In this document: one piece after another, positions 19,757 to 27,971 of the stretch | How positions within the stretch are numbered: the first letter of the stretch is position 1 | How the letters are laid out: each line of letters starts with the position of its first letter | Source of the DNA: Spirochaetia bacterium | GTDB taxonomy: Bacteria > Spirochaetota > Spirochaetia > SP-2023 | Length of the DNA stretch: 64,000 bases | Direction: 5' to 3' | Assembly (NCBI GenBank): GCA_965263295.1 | Contig: OZ253665.1 | Span: forward strand, 288,001-352,000 | Notes under the pieces: model-generated | Told to the model about the DNA's origin: nothing | Databases searched by the model: none | What the model saw: the letters and a program-made list of their open reading frames with translations, nothing else | Program-made: the position numbers and the translations under genes

Positions 19757-20471
19757 GATACCGTAGTTACGAGATGCTAGTCCACAGTGAAATACACCGT
19801 ATTTGTACGGCGGCCTGGCATGATTCCTTATTTTTGACATAGCGGGTCGCTATTCCTCGCAAGCGCTTGCTCGATGATCTCGTTGCTATCGTAACCTTTA
19901 TCAGCCAACAAATACTCCGCCGTCAATCCCTCTATCAAGGTTCTGGCTTGAGTGCAATCTGCCGTTGTACCTTTTGTAACAACAACCCTGACCGGCAAAC
20001 CATGCGAATCCACGGCCAGATGCAATTTTGTGTTGAGCCCCCTTTTGTACGATTCATGTCTTGATTGCCCCCTACGGCACCCGCCGCATGAGGATGCACC
20101 TTGCAATGACTGGCGTCAATCATCAGCCATTTGTAGTCCGGCTCATCGATCAATATTTCCATCAATTTTTCCCATATTCCTTTGTCACGCCATCGAATAA
20201 AGCGACGATGCGTGTTACTCCAGCCGCCATAGTCAGGCGGTAAATCTCGCCACGGCGCACCCGTGCGCATGATCCAGAAAACGGCATTGATAAACAGGCG
20301 ATTATCTCGTGCTACACCACCCCAATCCCCTGAACGACCAGGCAAATGCGGTTCCAATAGCGCCCAAACTCTATCTGAAATATCATGCCGGCGATGTGCT
20401 GCCATTGAATTTGCTCCTATAACTGAGAAAAGGCAATTGTACCATTTAAAATATTTCGTGACTACACCATC
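19757..20471 (-). mobile_element. IS5-family (IS427-group-like) insertion sequence, internally deleted
   Basis: Imperfect 19-bp TIRs GATACCGTAGTTACGAGAT (19757-19775) and GATGGTGTAGTCACGAAAT (reverse complement of 20453-20471), 14/19 identical. CTAG at both ends. Two-ORF transposase inside. Confidence 0.9.
19767..20405 (-). pseudogene. IS5 transposase (OrfA plus frameshifted OrfB) with internal deletion
   Basis: OrfA: DNRLFINAVFWIMRTGAPWRDLP...IDASHCKVH. AAAAGGGGG slippery site at 20038-20046. OrfB: NTKLHLAVD...ADKGYDS. It then jumps out of frame to the C-terminal RGIATRY...IS* (19767-19859). Confidence 0.88.
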
Positions 20472-20597
20472 TAGCGATATTTCCACCAATTGGTGCGGCA
20501 GCCGGCTGTATTCTAGTACCATGCGGCAACGGATGGCGTAGGGGCAGCGGCGAAATGAATACAGAATATAGGGATGGGGGGCTTGTGCCGTACTCAT
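20472..20597 (-). pseudogene. Glutathione S-transferase N-terminal fragment truncated by the IS
   Basis: ILYSFRRCPYAIRCRMVL...VEISL, a typical GST-N start. It ends at the IS CTAG and does not continue on the far side of the IS. Confidence 0.8.
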
Positions 20598-22075
20598 AAA
20601 AGTCCCGTTAGACGGTAAAGTGGAAGTTCCAGAGCCAACAGCAGAACCGTCAGTTGTAGGAATAGGCCCAGGGCCAGCAGGCGGTAACGAGGGTGGCCTG
20701 GGAGATCTTTAGCTGACATCCTTCGCGATTTTTCATTTTTTCCTGAATCGGCATTCTGTTTTTGCTTTCCCCTGATTTTGGGTGTGCCTGGGACGCTTGG
20801 TGTGCTTGGGGCCGGAATGTTCGCCTGGATTTTACTTTTCTGTGTGGCGGCGAATAATTCGCCGCTGATCTGGCAAAGTATGGCGTCCAGAGAGGCGAAT
20901 GGGCGGCTGGCGCGAAACTCTAGCGGGCAATTCAGGAAGGCTTCGTAGTAGTAAAAGACCAATTGTACGATATGCCCCAAACGGCCGGGCAGGCTTAACT
21001 CGCGACTGACAGCGAAGCGGGAAATCTGGATTAGGTTGAGCAGAAAAAAAGCCTTGCCGATGCCGCGTTGCAGGGCCCCTTGGGTCAGCTTAAAATGCAG
21101 GCCCGCAGGCGAGGGAAATGCGAATGCTCCGACGGACAACGGCGGGATATGCAGTTCCCAAAGCAGGCGCCCGGAGGGCAGGAGCAGGTTGAAAAATACC
21201 AGTGTGGCCAGCAGGATTAAAATGGAGCGCCACCAGGGGCGGTAGCCTAGGCTGCGATTCAGACCAAGAAAGATGAGGAATTCGGCCCCTAGATACATGG
21301 GCTCAAGCTTATGGATGGCGAACATTAGGCCCATGCTGAGCAGCCCAAAGCCAAAGCGCAGCCGGGCCGAGCCATTGCCGTGAGTCAAGGCTTGGGAATA
21401 TTTGAGGTTTGTTCCCGTCTGCATTGTTGACTCGCTATCGCAACTTTTGTCTTTTGGGCCCAGAACCGGGCCAACGGCCGAGCCAAGAGCCAGGTATGGG
21501 GCTTGGAATACGGGCAGCAGAGATTTAAACCAAAGAGAGACGTGGTGGAACTGGAGAGCAAAGAGCCCCAATAGGACGCCGCTGCCCAGGCCAAAGCTGA
21601 GACTCCAGGGGATCAACAAGCTGCCGGTACCGGGGAAAAAGTAGTTGAGCGCCAGCAATAGTTGCATACCGTTGCTCGCTGCCGCACCCATTACGCTAAT
21701 GCCCAAAAAAGAAATATGGCGCCGCGATACGTGCGCCAGCAGCCACATGGCGCAGCCGCTGGCGCAACTCGACGCCGCTGAAAATACAGCAATATATGAA
21801 AGAATATTACCTGAAATTAAGTTTTGGCAAAAGACTTTAAGAAAAATAAGGAGTAGCATTTCGCGCAAACGCAGCTCGCGTACAAACAGTAGAATCGGCA
21901 GGTTGGCAATGCCCAGTTTTAAAAACGGCATGGGCTTGGGGATGAGCATCTCAACCGTGGCCAAAAATAGTGACAAACCGGCCAGCTGCAGCAAGCAGTC
22001 GAATCGATGCTGCATTTGCGCACTGTCCGTAGCCGAAAGACCATCTTCAACGGGGTGTGCCGAGACGGACATCAT
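20594..22075 (-). CDS. Gx transporter family (heptaprenyl-PP synthase component I-like) membrane protein with C-terminal extension
   Basis: LSLFLATVEMLIPKPMPFLKLGIAN and SFLGISVMGA motifs; adjacent to a NusG domain II gene. Confidence 0.8.
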   Translation of the reverse strand: MMSVSAHPVEDGLSATDSAQMQHRFDCLLQLAGLSLFLATVEMLIPKPMPFLKLGIANLPILLFVRELRLREMLLLIFLKVFCQNLISGNILSYIAVFSAASSCASGCAMWLLAHVSRRHISFLGISVMGAAASNGMQLLLALNYFFPGTGSLLIPWSLSFGLGSGVLLGLFALQFHHVSLWFKSLLPVFQAPYLALGSAVGPVLGPKDKSCDSESTMQTGTNLKYSQALTHGNGSARLRFGFGLLSMGLMFAIHKLEPMYLGAEFLIFLGLNRSLGYRPWWRSILILLATLVFFNLLLPSGRLLWELHIPPLSVGAFAFPSPAGLHFKLTQGALQRGIGKAFFLLNLIQISRFAVSRELSLPGRLGHIVQLVFYYYEAFLNCPLEFRASRPFASLDAILCQISGELFAATQKSKIQANIPAPSTPSVPGTPKIRGKQKQNADSGKNEKSRRMSAKDLPGHPRYRLLALGLFLQLTVLLLALELPLYRLTGLL

Positions 22076-22078
22076 GAC

Positions 22079-22552
22079 TCAGAAAACCTCAGCATCCCAA
22101 TGGAAAGGCGCGGTGTCGCTTTCGTCAGAATCTGTATGGGCGGCCAAGACTCGGATGAAGACCTGATTGGGGAGGCAGGCAATCCATTGCCCGGCGCTGT
22201 CTATGGCGCCGCGCTGGACGCAGTATTTTAGGAAACAGCTGGCTTCCTGTACCCAGACTTTGTCGTCTTGGATCTTGACCGACATGACTGGTCGGCCGGC
22301 TCGATTTTTTAGGACCAGATTTCTGTCTTGATCCAAAGGGTAGATAGAACGCTGTTCCCTTTGTTTGATTTCAACCAAGAGCCGACTACCTTCGCTACTT
22401 CGACTCAGCTGCCAGGCGTAAATGGCCAGGCCGCCAAGTAAGATTAATATGAGGCTATCGCCCCAGCGCAGCTGGGAAAAAATATGGCTGTGCCAAGGGC
22501 GGAAACGCGCGGCCGCGTGAAATCTTTGGGAAAATATTGGGATACGAGGCAT
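22079..22552 (-). CDS. NusG domain II-containing protein (DUF1312-like)
   Basis: TM segment, then VWVQEASC..KYCVQRGAI...WIACLPNQVFI. Confidence 0.8.
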   Translation of the reverse strand: MPRIPIFSQRFHAAARFRPWHSHIFSQLRWGDSLILILLGGLAIYAWQLSRSSEGSRLLVEIKQREQRSIYPLDQDRNLVLKNRAGRPVMSVKIQDDKVWVQEASCFLKYCVQRGAIDSAGQWIACLPNQVFIRVLAAHTDSDESDTAPFHWDAEVF

Positions 22553-22573
22553 AAAAGGGCTGTCGCCCGGCGC

Positions 22574-23434
22574 TCAAACGTCTGTTTCAATGGAAAGCGC
22601 AGCAATCAGGGTGGGGGAGCTCATATTCTGGCGCCAATCGGTCCAGTTTGTAGGGGACAGGTTGGAGGTTTGACTCCACTGGCCGCGTTCAATAATTTGC
22701 ACAACAGTCCGCCGAGAGCCTTCTACTAAGGCAAACTTGCCGGCACCTAAGTAGGCCACCGACTGGCCTTTTTGCAGTTGTAAACCTTCGCTCATGGCTT
22801 CCAGTACGCATTTGAAGTGGGCCGAACTGGAACTACGGGCTTGTTCTGCGAGCTGTGCCATGTCTTTTGGTCCGTCCGGCTTGTCGGCAAGCTTGAGGGC
22901 AAACTCGCCGGGAACTACTTCCACGGCTTCTCGCAAGTCCACACCGCGAATGGTCTGGCCACAGATGGCGCAGATTAGATGTTCAGGTTTTTCGGGTAGC
23001 TCAATTTTATTGTACTCTGGGCGGTAATTACGACGCTGCAATAATTTCGCTCTGCGTATGGGAGAGCCAAAGATATTATAAGTTTTGTTTTCACTTGTGT
23101 TACTGTCTTGCCGCGCGGGACGACGGTTGCGAATGGATGAATTGTTCTTGCTGGAGTTTTTACTGTGCTTTGTTTTTTTTCCTGGACTTTGTGCAACGGA
23201 AGAAGCTACAGGCTTGGTAATGCGATTTTCGTTTCGTCTTTCGTTTCGTCCTTGGCCGCGGTGATCTGTGCTCAATTGCAATGGAGCATTCCTGGTCGGG
23301 CGCATATTTTCTGCCGTTTTGCCTGTCAGGTTTGGTTGGGGCGCCCTGCTGCCCATATCTTTAGGCTGGCGTTGCGGTCTGGCGGCACGCCCGCGTGAAT
23401 TTCGAGGCCGTTTATTTTGAGATCTATTAGCCAT
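22574..23434 (-). CDS. Hypothetical protein with basic disordered N-terminus and putative Zn-binding C-domain
   Basis: R/K/N-rich N-terminus; CAICG...HFKC...AYLGAGKFALV. Confidence 0.6.
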   Translation of the reverse strand: MANRSQNKRPRNSRGRAARPQRQPKDMGSRAPQPNLTGKTAENMRPTRNAPLQLSTDHRGQGRNERRNENRITKPVASSVAQSPGKKTKHSKNSSKNNSSIRNRRPARQDSNTSENKTYNIFGSPIRRAKLLQRRNYRPEYNKIELPEKPEHLICAICGQTIRGVDLREAVEVVPGEFALKLADKPDGPKDMAQLAEQARSSSSAHFKCVLEAMSEGLQLQKGQSVAYLGAGKFALVEGSRRTVVQIIERGQWSQTSNLSPTNWTDWRQNMSSPTLIAALSIETDV

Positions 23435-23815
23435 TTTTTTTCGCTTTTTTCCGCTTTGTCTGTGACTTTCAGGGATCGCTAGTTGGGCACGAGTCTGTTC
23501 ATGGAGTGTTCATGAGGCTATTTTAGAAGCCTGCCCGCTTCGGGCTGTCTCGTGGCAAGCCTTGTATTTCGTCAAGTATGTATTTGTGAAGTATGCCCAA
23601 AAGATTTCAAAGATACAAGGCCCTGCCGACAAAATTGCGGGAGCAAATGTCTTGTGGCAAAGACTGGCTGCATTGTCGTAGATTCGCTATAATTTCATAA
23701 TATTTTTCCATAAATATTCCTTCATGGAAATTTTTGATATCAAAACCTTAACTTTTTTGCAAGTAAATAACAAGCAAAGCGTGAGACATTCAGTTTAAAA
23801 GGGGGGCGGGGTACA

Positions 23816-24907
23816 ATGGTTGAAGCGCAGGCAACGACAAACCACACTACCGCAAGCTCGGAGGGAAATGGGGCTTTTGCGGCTACGTGGCAAGATTTTG
23901 ACTTGAATTGTCAATATGCCGGTTTGGCCTTGCGTACACCGATTATAGTAGCTGCCAGTCCTTTGACGGACAGCCCGGCCAAAATTGTGCGACTGGTGGA
24001 GGCCGGTGCGGGCGCGGTGGTCTTGCGCTCGTTGTTTGAAGAGGATGCCATGCAGGTGGCCGTGGACTCCTTGGGTGATCAAAGCGTGGATAAACACACC
24101 GAAGCCTATGAATACATTCGCGAAATGGGTAAGTTGGTCGAACCTGATCAGTACATGGACATCCTGGCAGAGGCCCGGCGCCAGACAGACGTTCCGATTA
24201 TTGCCAGCCTCAATGGCATGGATCTGCGCTGGTGGCAAGACTATGCCTTCGGTTTGGAGCGGGCCGGAGCTTCGGCGATTGAACTGAATTTGGGTATGCT
24301 CCAGCTGGATCCAAACTGGAGTGCGCAAGATGAGCGCAAGGCGGAACAAAAATTCTTGAGTACTTTGGCTGAGAGTGCGGCGGAACTGGGCATTCCGTTG
24401 ACTTTAAAAGTTTCGCCACACATGGCAAATTCATTGCCGCAGTTGTGCCGTATGGCGCAGTCGGGGGTGCGGGGAATGGTGTATTTTAACCGTTACTTTT
24501 TGCCTGACATCAACTTGAAGACTTTAGCCTTCCAGCCGGGGCCCAGAATTTCCCATCCCGTCGAATTCCATGTGCCGCTGCGCTATTTGGCGCTACATGC
24601 GCCGTTGTTACAACATGCGGCCGAGAAAAGTGGCCAATCTTGCGATTTGGTACTTTCAACGGGTGTGCACAGCGGGGAACAGCTGCTGAAGGCTTTACTC
24701 GCCGGGGCCGCGGCCGTACAGGTCTGCAGTGTTTTAATGCAGAATGGACCCGCCTACATTGGCGAGATGCTGAATGAGTTGACACAGTGGCTGCGGCGTG
24801 AGCAAATCCCTTCGCTGAAAAGGCTCCGCGCCCAGCAGTGTTTAAAGGACGACCCGCACTTTTTGCAGCAGTTCCAGCGATTGCAATATGTGAAAACCTT
24901 GCGTTAG
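23816..24907 (+). CDS. Dihydroorotate dehydrogenase-like flavoprotein (DHOD-like)
   Basis: GLALRTPIIVAASP, GAGAVVLRSLFEE, VPIIASLNG, FNR...PDI, STGVH, LLAGAAAVQVCS. Confidence 0.85.
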   Translation: MVEAQATTNHTTASSEGNGAFAATWQDFDLNCQYAGLALRTPIIVAASPLTDSPAKIVRLVEAGAGAVVLRSLFEEDAMQVAVDSLGDQSVDKHTEAYEYIREMGKLVEPDQYMDILAEARRQTDVPIIASLNGMDLRWWQDYAFGLERAGASAIELNLGMLQLDPNWSAQDERKAEQKFLSTLAESAAELGIPLTLKVSPHMANSLPQLCRMAQSGVRGMVYFNRYFLPDINLKTLAFQPGPRISHPVEFHVPLRYLALHAPLLQHAAEKSGQSCDLVLSTGVHSGEQLLKALLAGAAAVQVCSVLMQNGPAYIGEMLNELTQWLRREQIPSLKRLRAQQCLKDDPHFLQQFQRLQYVKTLR

Positions 24908-24937
24908 GTTAAATCGGGATATTGAATTGAGGTTGTT

Positions 24938-25807
24938 TTGCTGGTACAGAAGGATACTTTACGTTGTGACTTCCATTGTCACTCTTTTTATTCGGATGGG
25001 GCACGGGCGCCCGCCGACGTAGCGGCGGCGATGAAGGCCAATGGCGTTCAAGTTTTTGCTTTGACGGATCACGATACCGTCCGCGGAGTGGCCGAGGCGC
25101 AGACGGCTGCCGCAGAGCTGGGTATCCGCTGCCTGGGCGGCATTGAGCTGACAATACAGTGGGAAAACGGCACTTTTCACCTTTTGGGGCTGGGCCTGCA
25201 GGACTTGTCCGTTTTGGGGCAAGCGTTGGATGAAATCCAGGAGCGCCGCAGAGAACGCAATGAAATGATTTTAAAAAAATTGCGCAAGCAGGGCTTGAAT
25301 ATTGATGGAAAAAACTTGCGCTCACACTGTGGCAAGAATGAACAGGATGTTCTGAACCGGAGCCATATTGCCGCCTACTTGTTTGACTTGGGTTACAGCC
25401 CGTCGGTTCAGGAGGCCTTTCAGCGCTATCTCTCTGTGGGGGCGCCCGCGTATGTGCCGATTGACGGGCCCCTGCCCGAAGAGGGGATTGAATGGATCCA
25501 CAACGCCGGCGGTCATGCCTTGATCGCCCATCCCCACTCCTTGCATTTAAGTTGGCGCCGTTTGGGTGGCTATGTCGCTCACTGGCGCCGGGCGGGGCTG
25601 GACGGGCTGGAGGTCAGTCATCCGCGCACGTCCTTGAAAGATAGCAAACGCTTGTCCCGACTAGTGGAGAACTTTGATATGCAGTACTGTGGCGGCTCGG
25701 ACTACCATTGCGGTGAAACCGAAAATGTATTGGGCCTGGGAACTGGCGGGCGACCGATTGAGCTGCCCGTCAACCTGGCTTTTTTGCAAGGAATTGCCAA
25801 ATGCTAG
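24938..25807 (+). CDS. PHP-domain phosphoesterase (TrpH/YciV-like)
   Basis: DFHCHSFYSDG, ALTDHDT, GIEL, HLLG, LIAHP, GGSDYH. Confidence 0.9.
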   Translation: MLVQKDTLRCDFHCHSFYSDGARAPADVAAAMKANGVQVFALTDHDTVRGVAEAQTAAAELGIRCLGGIELTIQWENGTFHLLGLGLQDLSVLGQALDEIQERRRERNEMILKKLRKQGLNIDGKNLRSHCGKNEQDVLNRSHIAAYLFDLGYSPSVQEAFQRYLSVGAPAYVPIDGPLPEEGIEWIHNAGGHALIAHPHSLHLSWRRLGGYVAHWRRAGLDGLEVSHPRTSLKDSKRLSRLVENFDMQYCGGSDYHCGETENVLGLGTGGRPIELPVNLAFLQGIAKC

Positions 25808-25845
25808 CACGCTTGCCCGATTAGAAACGGAAACTTCTGTTTGCC

Positions 25846-27156
25846 ATGAATTCGTTTTGCCTGTCGTCTGGGCTTCTGCGCCTCGGTCTGTCGCGACGGC
25901 TCTGGCTTGTGCTTTTGTTCCATGCCTTGGGATTGTTTGCCTCTGTCCGTTGGGCTAATTTGAGGGACATGCTGTATGCCCAGAATCTGGCCGAGGCGCA
26001 GACAGCTTACGGCAAGGCGGACAGAACGGGCGCATCTCAAGGTCTGGCCATTAATCGCGAGGTTACTGGGCAAGCAAGGGGCCAAGAGGAGGCCCAAGTC
26101 GAGGGCCAAGTCGAGGGCCAAGTGGATGGCCAAGTCGAGGCGCAAGAGGGGGCTCAAACTGGGGGCCCAGGGAACCGGCCTTTTACCGAGGCCGTCGCTT
26201 CTGCGACAATCAATACGGCGAAGCCGCAAGAAGCCGGTTCCTCTATGCCTTGGCCTTGGCGTGATTATCCTAGGATTCCTGACCTCAGTCGGCCCACGGG
26301 TATTTTCCGGCAATTTCTGTTTGAGGTGCAAGAAAATAAAAAATACTGGGCTCAGGGTCAGCCATTGCTGCCCATTTCTCTGTATGTCTACCGCATTAAG
26401 GCGCGGGACAACATTTTTAGTATCAGTGCCAAAACCAGCGTGTCGGTGGAAAGCATTGCCACCTTGAACCGGATTGAGCATCCGAATGGTTTGCCAAGTA
26501 AACAGAATTATATTTTGTTACCCAATAATTCAGGTATTTTTTTACCTCAGGATCAAAGCACAGACGGCGAAGAACGGGAACCCTATCAGAGCCTTTCTGT
26601 GTGGGAACAACAGTTGCGCGGCAACCGCGCAGATATTTTGTACCACCGTCTGGTTGTCGGTTCGCGGGTCTACTTCTACTACCCCCGCAGCCAGTTCAAC
26701 CTTGAAGAGCGCCGATATTTTCTGGACAATGTTTTTCGTTCTCCCGTGCAGCGGCAGTTTTACATTACTTCGCCCTTTGGCATGCGGCGTGATCCGATTA
26801 CGGGTAGACCCTCATTTCATGATGGCATAGACATACGTTCGGCCTATGGCGCGCCAATTTACAGCATCGCGAACGGTATTGTGTTGGAATATGGCGAGAG
26901 CCGGCTTTACGGTTTGTATGTCAAAATCAGGCTGGAACATGGCATGAATCACGACATGGCCCATGACAAGTCGCAAGTGGCTTTGTATGGACACCTGAGT
27001 GCCGTTCTGGTGCATACAGGGCAGCGCGTCAATGCCGGCGAGGTCATCGGCAATTCGGGGCAAAGCGGGCGCATTACAGGGCCGCACCTGCATTTGACGA
27101 TTTTTGAAAATGGCAAGGCCGTGAACCCGGCGCCGTTGTTTAAGGGTTTATATTGA
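25846..27156 (+). CDS. LysM plus M23 family peptidase
   Basis: LysM-like YRIKARDNIFSIS...IATLN; M23 motifs HDGID, YGHL and TGPHLH. Confidence 0.88.
   Translation: MNSFCLSSGLLRLGLSRRLWLVLLFHALGLFASVRWANLRDMLYAQNLAEAQTAYGKADRTGASQGLAINREVTGQARGQEEAQVEGQVEGQVDGQVEAQEGAQTGGPGNRPFTEAVASATINTAKPQEAGSSMPWPWRDYPRIPDLSRPTGIFRQFLFEVQENKKYWAQGQPLLPISLYVYRIKARDNIFSISAKTSVSVESIATLNRIEHPNGLPSKQNYILLPNNSGIFLPQDQSTDGEEREPYQSLSVWEQQLRGNRADILYHRLVVGSRVYFYYPRSQFNLEERRYFLDNVFRSPVQRQFYITSPFGMRRDPITGRPSFHDGIDIRSAYGAPIYSIANGIVLEYGESRLYGLYVKIRLEHGMNHDMAHDKSQVALYGHLSAVLVHTGQRVNAGEVIGNSGQSGRITGPHLHLTIFENGKAVNPAPLFKGLY
26071..26166 (+). repeat. 12-bp coding tandem repeat (about 8 units, QVEG-like)
   Basis: caagtcgagggc and variants, every 12 bp. 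Confidence 0.8.
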
Positions 27157-27210
27157 GTATCTAGTTTTTCTTGTTTTTTTGGGGGCTTTTTAGATACTTT
27201 CGGCTTTGGC

Positions 27211-27738
27211 TTAAACTTCTGCGCTGTGATAATCAATCAGGGTTTGTAGCTGCAGGTCGGGCACGGTTTCGGCAAATTTCAGGAAAGGCAGTCCGATCAT
27301 GCCAAAGGCGTGGCGCACCGAAGCCCCGGCTTCGTTGAGTATTTCGCAAGCCGCCTTTAGAGTATTGCCCGTCGCGATCAGGTCATCGACGAGGAGAATG
27401 CGCGCGCCCTGTGTGACGTCGGCCAAATGGACCTCGACTTCGGCTTTGCCGTATTCGAGCTGGTAGACTTTTTTTAAGGTCACGCCGGGCAGTTTGCCGG
27501 CTTTGCGCACGAGTATCTGAGGCAATTGGCGCTCCAGGGCAAAAGCCGTCGCAAAAATAAAACCGCGCGATTCAATGCCCGCCACGGCGTCGAATTCCAC
27601 ATCCCTGTAGCGCTTGAGCATTTGGTCGACAACCCAGCGAAATACTTCTGGCTTGCCGAGCACACTTGTGATGTCGTAGTATAAAATGCCTTGTTTGGGA
27701 AAGTTGGCTACCTTGCGGATGTGCGCGTCCAAATTCAT
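27211..27738 (-). CDS. apt: Adenine phosphoribosyltransferase
   Basis: NFPKQGILYYDIT, GIESRGFIF, VRKAGKLPG, LEYG, LVDDLIATG. Confidence 0.96.
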   Translation of the reverse strand: MNLDAHIRKVANFPKQGILYYDITSVLGKPEVFRWVVDQMLKRYRDVEFDAVAGIESRGFIFATAFALERQLPQILVRKAGKLPGVTLKKVYQLEYGKAEVEVHLADVTQGARILLVDDLIATGNTLKAACEILNEAGASVRHAFGMIGLPFLKFAETVPDLQLQTLIDYHSAEV

Positions 27739-27971
27739 ATGTATCTCTCGCGGGCGATCAGGGTCTTAGAAAAAAAGATATTGGGAACAAGGCCTTGGGC
27801 ATCGGGCTAGTGACAAAAGCCAGAGGCCGCTGCGGCGAAAACAAATACCGCGCGGCCGCCTGACGGCCCTAAGTGTTGGCCCCGAACGCCAAACAGATTA
27901 TCGGCATCGCGGCCCATAGTCCAGGCCTGCGTAAACCGAACACCTGGACTATGAACCTGACCCAGTTACCT

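Noticed and set aside
27740..27970. Purine riboswitch upstream of apt
   Set aside because: The conserved core (TATAAT...GATATGG...GTTTCTACC...CCGTAAA) is absent.
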